A stretch of 64,000 bases of DNA. Origin: an uncultured bacterium (GTDB lineage: Bacteria; UBP6; UBA1177). The stretch spans positions 155 to 64,154 of the forward strand of contig CAJOFY010000003.1 of the NCBI GenBank assembly GCA_905233945.1. Direction: 5' to 3'. Shown in pieces: positions 40,271-51,772 of this stretch; position 1 is the first letter of the stretch, and every line of letters begins with the position of its first letter. Below the pieces are notes generated by a model. It searched no databases and had not been told where the DNA came from. It saw only the letters and a program-made list of their open reading frames with translations. The translations under genes and the position numbers were made by a program.

Positions 40271-41710
40271 ATGAAAAAAATCTGTTTGTTTTTTGTTATC
40301 TGTTTGATCTTCGTTTTCGCGGGCTGCGGCGGCTCGAAAAATGACGGAAAAACCGAAAATCCCGATTCAGAAGAAGCCGTAGCCGATGAAGATGAAGATA
40401 GAGATTCAGAGTCGTCAGACACTGCTTCAGATCCGGCTGTAACCGACAACGATGCGGCGGACAGCGGAGACAAAACAGACACAACGCCCGACAGCGGCGA
40501 TTCAAAAACCGATGAAGACAATGCAGACTCTCATCCTGCCGAAGACACCGACGCGGCATCAGATGAAGATGCAGATTCCGGCGACACAACGCCGGATAAC
40601 GATGCCGATTCAGTTGATTCCGGCATACCTGCACAGGAAGCAACTTCCTGCACGGATGACGGTGTAGAGGGCAAGCTTACGATCTGCACGGGCGGCCTTT
40701 GCCAGACAGAAGACTGTCCCGGCTCCAACTCATGCAAAAACTCATTTGAATGCGGTGAATGTCAGAATTATACAATTGAATGCCATGAAAGTGTTTCAGG
40801 ATACGGTGTTTACCAATGCCAGGCCGGCAGCTTCAAGTTGATCAAAGAATGTGATCAGGGCTGCAACAAAGAGTGGAATGACTGCGGCATCATCGAATGC
40901 ACTGACGGCGATACGAAATGTGTCAACGGAAACGACGGCAGGGGAGAAACATATTCATGTGTCGACGGCAGATGGGGAAGAGATAAAGACTGGTATGAAA
41001 ACGAAATAAAATGCGCAGGTTCCTGCAACAGAGAGGGAACAGACTGCGGTGAATCGGATTGCCTCGATTATACCATGGAGTGCCGTGATGATCTGCTTTT
41101 GAACAGTACCGGAGGTGGTGCCATCGCGCAGTGCCAGTACGGCAAATGGCAGATAATGAGGGCATGCACGGACGCTTCATCCTGCAACAGGGAAAGCGGA
41201 GATTGCGGCGAATGCAAAAACGGTCGCACGAAATGCGAAGATCATGAAATCAGCAATATCATGAACAAAAACTGCAATTCGTCGGGCAACTGCGATTCAG
41301 GATATTACTCTGCAACGATCGGTGTCCAGCTGCTGTGTTACGACGGCAGGTGGAGTGATTACAACGATCTGACGAGATCCAGCTACTGTCCTGCGGTTAG
41401 CCATACTTTCCAGAAATATAATGGTTATACAGGCTATCAAAATTGGTCAACCGATATGACAAAAGTTTTTAATGTCGGCGCAACTACTTACAATGATTAT
41501 CACTATTCGTCATGCCACAATACAAGTGCAGTCAGCGAATGCGGCATATGTCACAATAGTTTTCAGGTATGCGGCGATGAACCAGACGATGAAAATTCCG
41601 GCAAACCTGTAGGGCACATCCAGAGATGTGATAACGGATTGCTGATATACGGTAACTATTGTAGCAATAAAACCCAGTTGTGTACAAACCGCTATCAATG
41701 TCCACAATAG
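40271..41710 (+). CDS. Cys-rich repeat lipoprotein with acidic tether
   Basis: Lipobox FAGC; Asp/Ser/Thr-rich segment; repeated C..G.W and SCN...DCGEC units. Confidence 0.75.
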   Translation: MKKICLFFVICLIFVFAGCGGSKNDGKTENPDSEEAVADEDEDRDSESSDTASDPAVTDNDAADSGDKTDTTPDSGDSKTDEDNADSHPAEDTDAASDEDADSGDTTPDNDADSVDSGIPAQEATSCTDDGVEGKLTICTGGLCQTEDCPGSNSCKNSFECGECQNYTIECHESVSGYGVYQCQAGSFKLIKECDQGCNKEWNDCGIIECTDGDTKCVNGNDGRGETYSCVDGRWGRDKDWYENEIKCAGSCNREGTDCGESDCLDYTMECRDDLLLNSTGGGAIAQCQYGKWQIMRACTDASSCNRESGDCGECKNGRTKCEDHEISNIMNKNCNSSGNCDSGYYSATIGVQLLCYDGRWSDYNDLTRSSYCPAVSHTFQKYNGYTGYQNWSTDMTKVFNVGATTYNDYHYSSCHNTSAVSECGICHNSFQVCGDEPDDENSGKPVGHIQRCDNGLLIYGNYCSNKTQLCTNRYQCPQ

Positions 41711-41746
41711 CGTTCCATGGCCTGCCCCTGATGTTTCGCCGTTTTT

Positions 41747-41816
41747 TTGCCTTTTCTTAACTTTTTCCTAAAATTCCGCGTTTTTATTTGTTCAACTTTT
41801 TGAGGAGAGAAAAATG
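41747..41816 (+). promoter_or_regulatory. Promoter and leader, copy 2 of the duplicated cassette
   Basis: TTGCCT-16 bp-TAAAAT-TCCGCG...AGGAGAGAAAAATG. Confidence 0.7.
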
Positions 41817-42380
41817 AAAAAAATTTCCTTTTGTTTTGCACTTTTTGCGGTTCTGTTTTTTGTTGTATCCTGCGGCGGCGGAGAGAGCGCCGATCCAACA
41901 TGTGAAAAAATCGTCATGCAGGGCGATGCGAGCACCATTCTTGGTGGAATCGAAGCCAATGCTTTTGATGAAAACGGAAATAAAATCCGAAAACTCACAT
42001 TTCAGTTCTGGAAAGAATCCGAGGAAGAGGAGGATGTCCTTATACAGCCGTCAGATATTTACTACCTCAAAGGGAAGACTATAAACCTTGGTGAAGACAA
42101 AAACGCAACCTACAATTCCTGCCGGGAATGCGTTCTTCTTTCCACGGAGCCTGACGAAAGCGGCGAATTTACAAGATTCTTTTTTGCTACAAGCGGATAT
42201 CTCCAGATCGAAGATGCTGTGGAAAATTCTTGTGATTCAAAAGGAAACGGCTCTTTTGTTCTTTCCGAAATCGACCTGAGCGGAAATGATTCGGCTATGG
42301 TCAAACACGGAAAATGCTATGAAATAGAATCTTTCAACTGGAACACCATCAAGGAAACAGATACAGAATCTGAAGAATAA
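41814..42380 (+). CDS. Lipoprotein, hypothetical
   Basis: Lipobox VVSC; YNSCRECVLL...FFATSG...CYEI motif. Confidence 0.75.
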   Translation: MKKISFCFALFAVLFFVVSCGGGESADPTCEKIVMQGDASTILGGIEANAFDENGNKIRKLTFQFWKESEEEEDVLIQPSDIYYLKGKTINLGEDKNATYNSCRECVLLSTEPDESGEFTRFFFATSGYLQIEDAVENSCDSKGNGSFVLSEIDLSGNDSAMVKHGKCYEIESFNWNTIKETDTESEE

Positions 42381-42401
42381 TTTTTTCAATAACTATAATA
42401 A

Positions 42402-43817
<1,416 letters not shown>

Positions 43818-43897
43818 TTTTTTAATCGGCAGGTTCTGTTTTTTTCTTAAAAAATCTGTATAATTCCGCAGTTTTTTGTTTATTACTGGAGGTTTGA

Positions 43898-44887
43898 ATG
43901 AAAAAAATCCTTTTTACCGTGCTGTTTTCAGCTCTTTTTATGACTCTCAATTCCTGTATCGCGATGAAAAACGACGTCGATATGGCTAAATCGGAACTTC
44001 GCGCCGAAAACTCTGCCAAAATGAAGATTCTTGAAGAAAATATAACAAAGAACGTGACAAATTCTCTTCAGGAAGAAGTGGCAAAACTCAATGCACGCCT
44101 TGACGAGATAGAAAAAACACAGCAGACAGAAAAACAGATGCAGAAAAACAAAATCGACCTTTCCTTCGAGACCCTCGAGGAGTTGCGCGAAACTATCAAA
44201 GAACTCAACAACAGAATCGATTCAGTTGATCTCAAGGCTCAGAAAAGCGGTGTTGTTGAGGAACAGCTTGCGGCTCTCGAGAAAAAAATCGCCGAAAAGG
44301 AGCAGGAAATCGCCAAACTAAAAGAAGAAATCGACTCGTTGATAGAAGGCTTCAAGCCGGTCGACAAATTTACTATTACAAAAGACGGAAAAGTCAGACT
44401 TCCCGAAAGTTCCGAAAAAAGCTACAACCAGCTTGTTGATTACACAAAAAGCGCAAACTGTGACCCTGCAATTGCCAGAAAAGGGTGGGAAGCATATGCC
44501 GACAAATGGCCTGAAAGCAGAAAATGCGACGTAACTTTCTGGACCGGAGAAACATACTACATGGAAAAAAGCTACAACAAAGCTGTTGAAACGCTGCAGC
44601 CGATTGAAAGAAACTATCCTGGATGCCAGAAAATAGAGCGCAGTTACCTCCATGTCGCTTTTTCGATTTTCCACATCGGAAAAGTTGATGTTGCAAATGC
44701 AATTCTCGAAAGCATGAAGCAGAAATTCCCGAAATCGGCGTTTCCTGACGAGGTTAAGGAACTCGAAAAACTGATCCAGTCAAAGATGCCGAAAAAAGCA
44801 GCTCCTGCAAAAAAGGCTCCGGCAAAGCCACAGACAAAAGCCCCGGCAAAAACACAGACGAAAACTCCTTCCAAAACCAAAAAATAA
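43898..44887 (+). CDS. CpoB/YbgF-like TPR and coiled-coil lipoprotein
   Basis: Lipobox LNSC, long coiled coil, FWTGETYY TPR region, Lys/Pro/Ala-rich tail. Confidence 0.65.
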   Translation: MKKILFTVLFSALFMTLNSCIAMKNDVDMAKSELRAENSAKMKILEENITKNVTNSLQEEVAKLNARLDEIEKTQQTEKQMQKNKIDLSFETLEELRETIKELNNRIDSVDLKAQKSGVVEEQLAALEKKIAEKEQEIAKLKEEIDSLIEGFKPVDKFTITKDGKVRLPESSEKSYNQLVDYTKSANCDPAIARKGWEAYADKWPESRKCDVTFWTGETYYMEKSYNKAVETLQPIERNYPGCQKIERSYLHVAFSIFHIGKVDVANAILESMKQKFPKSAFPDEVKELEKLIQSKMPKKAAPAKKAPAKPQTKAPAKTQTKTPSKTKK

Positions 44888-44929
44888 TCTGAATTTTTCC
44901 TGAAAACAGCCTGAAAAAGGCAAAAAAAA

Positions 44930-45005
44930 TGGCTCCTCGTGACGGACTTGAACCGCCGACCTAGTGGTTAACAGCCACCCGCTCTACCGACTGAGCTAAC
45001 GAGGA
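44930..45005 (-). tRNA. tRNA-Asn (GTT)
   Basis: Reverse complement TCCTCGTTAGCTCAGTCGGTAGAGCGGGTGGCTGTTAACCACTAGGTCGGCGGTTCAAGTCCGTCACGAGGAGCCA: cloverleaf with encoded CCA. Confidence 0.97.
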
Positions 45006-45175
45006 ACCTCAAAAACTGAATCAAATGTAACGAACTCGAACGTGCGGAAATATACGCGTCAGAATCCATTAGTCAAATAAAATCTTAAATTTTTTTGAGA
45101 TCCTGCATTTTTTTTAAATAAAAATAAAGACTTACATTTAATTTTGTCAGCGTTTTCCAGGAAGTCTGAGCAGAA

Positions 45176-45203
45176 TAAAAAAAATCCCCCGTTGCCGGGG
45201 GAT
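45176..45203 (-). terminator. Rho-independent terminator
   Basis: ATCCCCCG/CGGGGGAT stem followed by a U-tract on the minus strand. Confidence 0.8.
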
Positions 45204-45245
45204 GCCGTTTGATATTACAACATAACCTTAGGGGGAGTAAAATGG

Positions 45246-45509
45246 TCAGCTTGCTTTCACCGATTTTTTGCGTTCTTTGAAAACTATCGGAATAAATTTT
45301 GCAGATTCAAGAGTTTCAGCAACAAAGTGCATAAAATCGCTTGTCGGTTCGGTCTGCCAGATTTTTCCGCATTCCGAGCATCTGAAAACACGTTTTTTTC
45401 CGTCGAAGAAAACCGCGTCGTGATAATTTCCGTTATTTGCCTCATATATGCTTTTTCTTATCTCGAGCGACTCGCCGCCGCCGCAGCATTCACATTTAAA
45501 ACTCATCAT
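45246..45509 (-). CDS. Small zinc-ribbon-like protein
   Basis: CECC...CSEC; GGAGG RBS; followed by a terminator. Confidence 0.65.
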   Translation of the reverse strand: MMSFKCECCGGGESLEIRKSIYEANNGNYHDAVFFDGKKRVFRCSECGKIWQTEPTSDFMHFVAETLESAKFIPIVFKERKKSVKAS

Positions 45510-45761
45510 TCACCTCCAAAATCAAAAAACACGCTTATTTAGTTACACTTTGCTGCGGTTTTTCTGACTCTAAAATGAACTTTTTTTGAAAAAAGTTTAT
45601 AAGTACTTATATTTATTATTGTTTTTTTAACATATTTTTTGTTTTCAGCAAACTTTCAAGTTTAAAAAGCCGGCTTTTTCCTGTTAAAACCCCTCTTTTC
45701 TTGACTTTTACCGCTGTAAATATAGCTTTTCGCGTTTAATTTTTATGTTCTGGAGTGAAAA

Positions 45762-48014
45762 TTGATAAAGTTTTTAAAAAACAAAATCGGTAATGATTTT
45801 GAGACATTTTCCGAGCAGAGAAACGGTTCTCTCAACAATTTGGACAAGTTCTTGATAATTCTCACCGTCATTTTGTGCGCACTGCTCTACATTCCGCTTC
45901 TCGGCAACTTCTTTATGATCGACCCGTGGGAAAACCACTATTCTCATGTTGCTTGGGAAACGCTGGAGAAAAATTCGTTTGCAAAACTGTGGTTTCAGAA
46001 CTCGAACAAGTTCTGGTCAAAACCGCCGCTTCTTTTCTGGATGCTGATGCCTTTCTACAAATTTAGCATTTCGGAATTTTCCGGAAGGCTGCCGATTGCC
46101 TTGTTTTCAATTGTGACTCTTGTAGCTTTCTACATTCTTCTGACACGTCTGATTTCCAGAAAATCTGCAATAATTTCAACGCTTGTTCTTATGCTTTCGC
46201 CCCAGTATTACATGCTTTCGCGTCAGATAATGGTTGATCTGCCGTTTGTTGCGCTGAACACTGTCGCAATACTCTGCATGGCGGTTTATTACTTTGGAAA
46301 ATTCGGCGAAAATGAAAAAATATTCAAAAAAATCCCTAAAAATGACTTTTATCTTTATCTTTTTTACTTTTTTGAGGGATGGGCATTCCTTGCAAAAGGT
46401 CTGCTTTCAATTCTGATTCCCGGAATCGCACTTTTTATTTTTATGGTTTTTACACGCAATTTCGGATACTTTTTTGCATGGAAACATCTTAAAAAACACT
46501 TGATCGGAGCTGTGATTTATCTTGCTGTCATCATGCCGTGGTTCGGTTATATGTGGATCAGCGAAGGCAAAAGTTTCTTTGACACTTTCATAATTTATCA
46601 TCATTTCAAAAGAACAACAGGCGAAATTCACAAACCGAACGACCTTTACACACTTTATGTCAGGATTTTAGGTTATGCAATGTTCCCGTGGAGCGCTTTT
46701 CTGCCGGCTGCATTTTATAATTTTCTTACAAAAAAGTGTGAAGATGAGGAAAAAACCAAAAAACTTTTCTTCTTCAGCTCTTTCATTGGTCCGTTCCTGT
46801 TTTTCTCTCTTTCATCAACGAAATTTTATCACTATATTGCTCCAGTAGTTCCGTTTCTCTCAATATTTTTAGGTATTTACATTGATAAATTGTGGAGTGA
46901 ACGCTGGACTCTGGCTGCAAAAATAGAAGCTCTGATCGCAATATTTTTAGTTGCTGCAATCGGACGCGATATCGGCGACAAGCACACTCTTTTCCTTCAT
47001 CTCGTAACATTCTACAATACAAGAAAAGTTCCTGTTCCGGCTTCCTGGGAACCTACTATAATTTCCGTTTTTGCAGTTTTCTGCATTGTAATTTTATTGA
47101 TGATTTTAATCAAAGATCTGCAGAAAAAAGGTTTTTACATTCTTTTTGCGCTTAGTGCAGGATTTATGACATATTACTTTGCAGAACCTCTTCCTGAAAT
47201 TTCAAAATATTACTCGCTCAAACCTCATGTTGAAGCCTATCTCAAAGACAGTCCTGAAAGGGCTCCTATTGCCGATTATTACAAATGGTTAAGAAAATCG
47301 GCAGGTTTCTGGCTTAAAAACGAAATAACTTTCCTTCAGATGGACAAAGAAAAAAATGTCATAAGATTTTTTGACAAGCCTGGCGTTCAGTACGTGATTC
47401 TCCGCGACAACGACAAAAAACGCTTTGAATCGCTTATGAAAAGGATAAACAAAAGAACAGTAGTAGTTTACAGCGGCGCAAAAAACACTCTTATGAAAGT
47501 TTACGGAAAAGGACACGAGCGCGATATATCGAAATCAAGTGATTATCTTGTTCAGAATCTTCCGGAAAACATGATAAAGACAAATATTATCTTCGACAAC
47601 GTGATAAAACTCGAAGGTTTTGTAATAAAAAAAGGTAATTTAACGGAACGTGACGGAAAATTCTTCGCAAAAGAAGGAACAAATATAGATATTGATCTTT
47701 ATTTCAGATCTATCGCCGACAAAATAAACAAGGATTATGACGTTTTTCTTCACAATGAGGGAAACAATAAGGACAAACGTACAAAAGGCGACGGAAGCAT
47801 GGCAAACGGCACTTATCCGACCGATTTCTGGAAAAAAGGGGATATAGTCCGTCATCCTGTAAAAATAAAAATACCTGAAGGCTCTCAGAACAACTATTAT
47901 ATTTCCTACACCGGCTTATATCAGGAAGAATACAGAGCCAATATTACAAATCATGATGAAGTGAAGGAAAGCGACAACAGAGCTGAAATACTTAGAATCT
48001 ATCTCGACAGGTAA
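45762..48014 (+). CDS. ArnT/PMT (GT83/GT39-like) membrane glycosyltransferase with extracytoplasmic C-terminal domain
   Basis: DPWE..Y, KPPLLFW, GRLP, FLAKG, TKFYHYIAP; C-terminal YPTDFWKKGDIV. Confidence 0.85.
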   Translation: MIKFLKNKIGNDFETFSEQRNGSLNNLDKFLIILTVILCALLYIPLLGNFFMIDPWENHYSHVAWETLEKNSFAKLWFQNSNKFWSKPPLLFWMLMPFYKFSISEFSGRLPIALFSIVTLVAFYILLTRLISRKSAIISTLVLMLSPQYYMLSRQIMVDLPFVALNTVAILCMAVYYFGKFGENEKIFKKIPKNDFYLYLFYFFEGWAFLAKGLLSILIPGIALFIFMVFTRNFGYFFAWKHLKKHLIGAVIYLAVIMPWFGYMWISEGKSFFDTFIIYHHFKRTTGEIHKPNDLYTLYVRILGYAMFPWSAFLPAAFYNFLTKKCEDEEKTKKLFFFSSFIGPFLFFSLSSTKFYHYIAPVVPFLSIFLGIYIDKLWSERWTLAAKIEALIAIFLVAAIGRDIGDKHTLFLHLVTFYNTRKVPVPASWEPTIISVFAVFCIVILLMILIKDLQKKGFYILFALSAGFMTYYFAEPLPEISKYYSLKPHVEAYLKDSPERAPIADYYKWLRKSAGFWLKNEITFLQMDKEKNVIRFFDKPGVQYVILRDNDKKRFESLMKRINKRTVVVYSGAKNTLMKVYGKGHERDISKSSDYLVQNLPENMIKTNIIFDNVIKLEGFVIKKGNLTERDGKFFAKEGTNIDIDLYFRSIADKINKDYDVFLHNEGNNKDKRTKGDGSMANGTYPTDFWKKGDIVRHPVKIKIPEGSQNNYYISYTGLYQEEYRANITNHDEVKESDNRAEILRIYLDR

Positions 48015-49027
48015 AAAACTTCTATATTATTGAAATTATTTACACTTTCTATTGAACTTGTCATAAGTACCTGATTTTTTAAAGACTCTACTTCTTTAAA
48101 AAGTATTTTTTTTGTTTCGTCATCGACAAAAACAAAAATATCGTCAATAAGGAATATAGGATACTCGTTTTTTTCAGCGTAAACGCTTATTTCGGCAAGT
48201 TTTATAAGAAAAGAACTTATATATGTTTCACCCATCGAAATGTTGTTTTTAGCGTTTCCTACTTCAGTTGTGATATTTATGTTGTCAAGATGTGGCCCAT
48301 AAAGTGAAAAACCTTTTTCAAGCTCTTTTTCAAGTCTTAAATTAAGTTTTTCAGCACAGTTTTCATCTGTATTGCAGGAAAACTGTATTTTCATTCCTGA
48401 AAAAAGTTTTTCTGAAAGAATTTCAATTTTTTTATTGACTGTTTCACATGAAACATTCCTTTTTTTTCTTATTCTGTCAATAAGCGGGACAGCAGCTGCA
48501 TTAAGATATCTGACAACTCTGGCATTTTTGTCTTTAAGAGCGGCATTTTTATTTCTTATAAACCTTATGTATTCACTCATGTCGTCAAAATAATTCTTGT
48601 CCTCGACAAAACATATTCTGTCTATGAAATCACGCCTGAATTTAGGACTTCCGGTGATTATAAACATATCGTCGGGAGAATGAACGACAGGATAAGCTAT
48701 ATTCAAAAGGTCTTTTCTCGAAGAAATATTACCGTCGATTATTATTCTTTTACTTCCTTTTCTGTCGTAACCTAAAGAAACTTTTCTTGAATATCCTTCA
48801 AAATCTTCAAAAACCGACTCAATATAGAAATTAGGACTGTCTTTTGATATACAGTCCTTTATATCGCAGGTTTTAAAAGATCTTCCGCTTGAAAGCAGAG
48901 AACAGGCTTCCAGAACAGATGTCTTGCCTGAGCCGGTTTTACCTTTTATAAGCAGTTTATGAGGCAGATTCAGCGAAAAATCAGAGAGTGATCTGAAATT
49001 TGATATGAAAACAGAGTTTATTTTCAT
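47999..49027 (-). CDS. recF: DNA replication/repair protein RecF
   Basis: NFRS, GKTGSGKTSVLEA, RRDFID, GPHLD, LIDD; follows dnaN. Confidence 0.9.
   Translation of the reverse strand: MKINSVFISNFRSLSDFSLNLPHKLLIKGKTGSGKTSVLEACSLLSSGRSFKTCDIKDCISKDSPNFYIESVFEDFEGYSRKVSLGYDRKGSKRIIIDGNISSRKDLLNIAYPVVHSPDDMFIITGSPKFRRDFIDRICFVEDKNYFDDMSEYIRFIRNKNAALKDKNARVVRYLNAAAVPLIDRIRKKRNVSCETVNKKIEILSEKLFSGMKIQFSCNTDENCAEKLNLRLEKELEKGFSLYGPHLDNINITTEVGNAKNNISMGETYISSFLIKLAEISVYAEKNEYPIFLIDDIFVFVDDETKKILFKEVESLKNQVLMTSSIESVNNFNNIEVFYLSR
48440..48455. promoter_or_regulatory. parS-like site (1 mismatch) inside recF
   Basis: TGTTTCACATGAAACA, encoding VSCET. Confidence 0.7.
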
Positions 49028-49032
49028 AAAAA

Positions 49033-50241
49033 TCAGACTCTGAGCGGCATTACCATGTGTGTATAGATGTAGTCGTCGTTTTCCTCTTTTATTATCATAG
49101 GCGGCATGCTTGTCTTTTCGTTAGGACTGTCAAGAACTATTCTTACATTCTGATCATCTATTACGTTTATTACATCGAGAAAATATTTAGCGTCTATCGC
49201 AATGTTCTTGTCACTTGAAAAACCCTGTTCCATAACTATTTCGTCATTGGAACTGCTGCCTGAATTTGAGTTTGCTGTAAGTTTAAGGACATTTTCCTTG
49301 AAATAATACTTTGAAGTCCAGATTCTGTCTTCCGAGTTAAGAATAATGACTATGCGTTTTATAGCTTCGGCAAGCTCTTTCCTATTTACAACTGCCGATT
49401 CTTTTTCAGCAAGGACGCCGTATGAATTCATTACAGTTCCGTATTTAGGAAATTCATTCTTGAAAAGTCTTGAAATAAATATAACGTTGCCGCTTTTTAT
49501 GAATATTTTTTCAGGAACAAGCTTTTCTGAAGAATCGCTGCCCGACATAGTGTATTCTATAGCCATTTCAGCTTCTTTGCAGTCAGAGAAAATTTTTGTT
49601 ATTTCAGCAAAATTCTTTCCTGGAATAAGTATTCCTGCTTCAAAAGCCGGAATGTCTATATTGAAATTTTTCAGTTTAAGAACGGAAAGTCTGTGAATAT
49701 CTGTTGTTACCATATCAACTGAATCTGTTCCGTCTTCAGCTTTTACCTTTGTAATAAGAACACCTGAATATGCCTTGTTTGCAGCTGAAATATAATCGCA
49801 CATAGAAAACTGCACTTTTTTGTAAAGTGATATGAACTTGCTTATGTCAACAGGCTTATATTCTTCAGAGGTATCTGAAATCTGCGGAAAATCCGCTGAA
49901 TCAAAACACGGAACCTTATATTCGGACTTATCTGCTTTAACTTCGAGGACATTATTTGATTCGTCATATCTGAAAATTATTTTTTCAGCTCTTGAAAGAC
50001 GGCATATATCGTGGACTGATCTTGCCGGAACAGCTATTTTTCCTTCGTTTACCGGTTCTTCAAGGTTTACTTTAGCTATAACTGTTATTTCAAGGTTAGT
50101 AGCGTTAAGAGTGCACTCCTTTTCCTTAAAGCTGAAAAGAATGTTGGTGAGAATCACCATGGGATGTTTTTTTTCGATACATGAACTGCAGTAGTCGAGG
50201 GCTTTAAGAAGCTCATCCTTTTTGAAAGTCAATTCAATCAT
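49033..50241 (-). CDS. dnaN: DNA polymerase III beta clamp
   Basis: ATNLE, DFP, TTDIHRL, FPKY, terminal VMPLRV; between dnaA and recF. Confidence 0.95.
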   Translation of the reverse strand: MIELTFKKDELLKALDYCSSCIEKKHPMVILTNILFSFKEKECTLNATNLEITVIAKVNLEEPVNEGKIAVPARSVHDICRLSRAEKIIFRYDESNNVLEVKADKSEYKVPCFDSADFPQISDTSEEYKPVDISKFISLYKKVQFSMCDYISAANKAYSGVLITKVKAEDGTDSVDMVTTDIHRLSVLKLKNFNIDIPAFEAGILIPGKNFAEITKIFSDCKEAEMAIEYTMSGSDSSEKLVPEKIFIKSGNVIFISRLFKNEFPKYGTVMNSYGVLAEKESAVVNRKELAEAIKRIVIILNSEDRIWTSKYYFKENVLKLTANSNSGSSSNDEIVMEQGFSSDKNIAIDAKYFLDVINVIDDQNVRIVLDSPNEKTSMPPMIIKEENDDYIYTHMVMPLRV

Positions 50242-50416
50242 AATTTTCTCCTTAAATTAAAAAATAACTATTAATGACTTTGTTATAATGTTTAAAGATC
50301 CGAAATTGTCAATAAAAACACGTCTGTTTTTAAGGTTTTCAGTGTTGAAAAAAATGTTTTCTTTTTGTTTTTCAGTGATCATTTCCGTTTTTCAACATCC
50401 TACTTTCAACATTGTG
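50242..50416. other. Putative oriC (dnaA-dnaN spacer)
   Basis: DnaA-box-like TTTTCAACA at 50343-50351 (reverse) and 50389-50397, CTTTCAACA at 50403-50411; AT-rich segment next to dnaN. Confidence 0.65.
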
Positions 50417-51772
50417 TTACAAACTGCCTTTCAAGGACTCTATTTCTTTACTGATTTTGGCAATGATTTTGGATATATCTTTATCGTCAAGTACCAGTTT
50501 TTCTATGTTTGAAATAGAACTTATAACTGTGGAATGGTCTCTGCCGCCGAATTTTTCTCCTATTTCCTTATAAGTCTTTGAAGTGTATTTTCTTGAGAGA
50601 TACATTGCTATCTGTCTTGAGAGAGAAACAGCCTTTGTTCTTTTTGTTGAGACTATTTCCGAAGGTTTTATAGCCATTCCAGAGCAGACAGCTTTGATAA
50701 TGTCCTCCACTTCAAGTGAAGATTTGTACTTTATCTGATCTTTTAAAATATTTTCTGCAAATTTTCTGTCGATAACATCCTTTTCTATGAATCCGCTGCA
50801 GAATTTAAGGTTTCTTAAAGCACCTTCTATTTCTCTGACATTGTTTTTTATATTCGAAGCTATGAAATCTACTGCTTCATCGTCGATATTCATCTCGTAG
50901 AGTTCTGCTTTCTGTTTTATTATGGCTATTCTTGTCTCGTATTCCGGCGGTTTTATGTCAAGAGAGACACCCATTGAAAACCTGGATTTAAGTCTGTCGT
51001 TTATGTCATTTATTTCGTATATATGTTTATCAGATGTTATAACTATGGTTTTTTTGTTCTCGTAGAAATGATTGAATATATAGAAAAATTCATCCTGTGT
51101 TCTGTCTTTTCCGGATAAAAACTGAATATCGTCTATAAGGAGAACGTCTTTTTTAAGGATGTTTTTTCTCAAATCCATGACAGTCTGTGTTTTAAGGGCA
51201 AGTACATAGTCGTTCATCAGCTGCTGAGCTGTTGAGTAATACACACTTTTGTGCTTGTTCTGGATAATGTAGTTTCCTATTGCATGGACTATATGTGTTT
51301 TACCGAGTCCGGAATCACCGTAAATAAAAAAAGGATTATAACCTGTGCCGGGATTTTTTGCTATGGTCTGAGCGGCATGATAAACCGATTCGTTGGAAGG
51401 GCCGAGCACGAAGTTGTCAAAGGTAAATTCCTTGAATTTTTCATAGTTTTCAATATCTTCTTTGTTTTTATCCTTTTTGGGAGTTTCATCTTTTCTGAAA
51501 TTGAATTCAAGCTGAAGACTTTCATTCGCAGCTTTTTCATCGTTATCCTGGACTATTATGAATTTTACCTCTGTATTTTCGTCAAAAAGAGCTTTGGCTG
51601 TTTTTTCTATTTTTGATAAATAATTGTTTTTTTTAAGAAAATTGAATGCAAGTTCACTTTTGCACTTTATTACTATTCTTTCTCTTGTTTCTTCTTCCGG
51701 GGAAAGGGAGTCGAGCAGGGTTTTTATTCCCTTTTCCGTTTTTTCCATTTCGTCAAGTATTGTTTTAAACAT
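50417..51772 (-). CDS. dnaA: Chromosomal replication initiator DnaA
   Basis: TFDNFV, YNPFFIYGDSGLGKTH, LIDDIQF, NVREIEGAL, FGGRDHSTV. Confidence 0.98.
   Translation of the reverse strand: MFKTILDEMEKTEKGIKTLLDSLSPEEETRERIVIKCKSELAFNFLKKNNYLSKIEKTAKALFDENTEVKFIIVQDNDEKAANESLQLEFNFRKDETPKKDKNKEDIENYEKFKEFTFDNFVLGPSNESVYHAAQTIAKNPGTGYNPFFIYGDSGLGKTHIVHAIGNYIIQNKHKSVYYSTAQQLMNDYVLALKTQTVMDLRKNILKKDVLLIDDIQFLSGKDRTQDEFFYIFNHFYENKKTIVITSDKHIYEINDINDRLKSRFSMGVSLDIKPPEYETRIAIIKQKAELYEMNIDDEAVDFIASNIKNNVREIEGALRNLKFCSGFIEKDVIDRKFAENILKDQIKYKSSLEVEDIIKAVCSGMAIKPSEIVSTKRTKAVSLSRQIAMYLSRKYTSKTYKEIGEKFGGRDHSTVISSISNIEKLVLDDKDISKIIAKISKEIESLKGSL

Noticed and set aside
44888-45005. tRNA-Asn as an island integration site
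   Set aside because: I found no integrase and no duplicated tRNA 3' end; a core-like gene abuts the 3' side.
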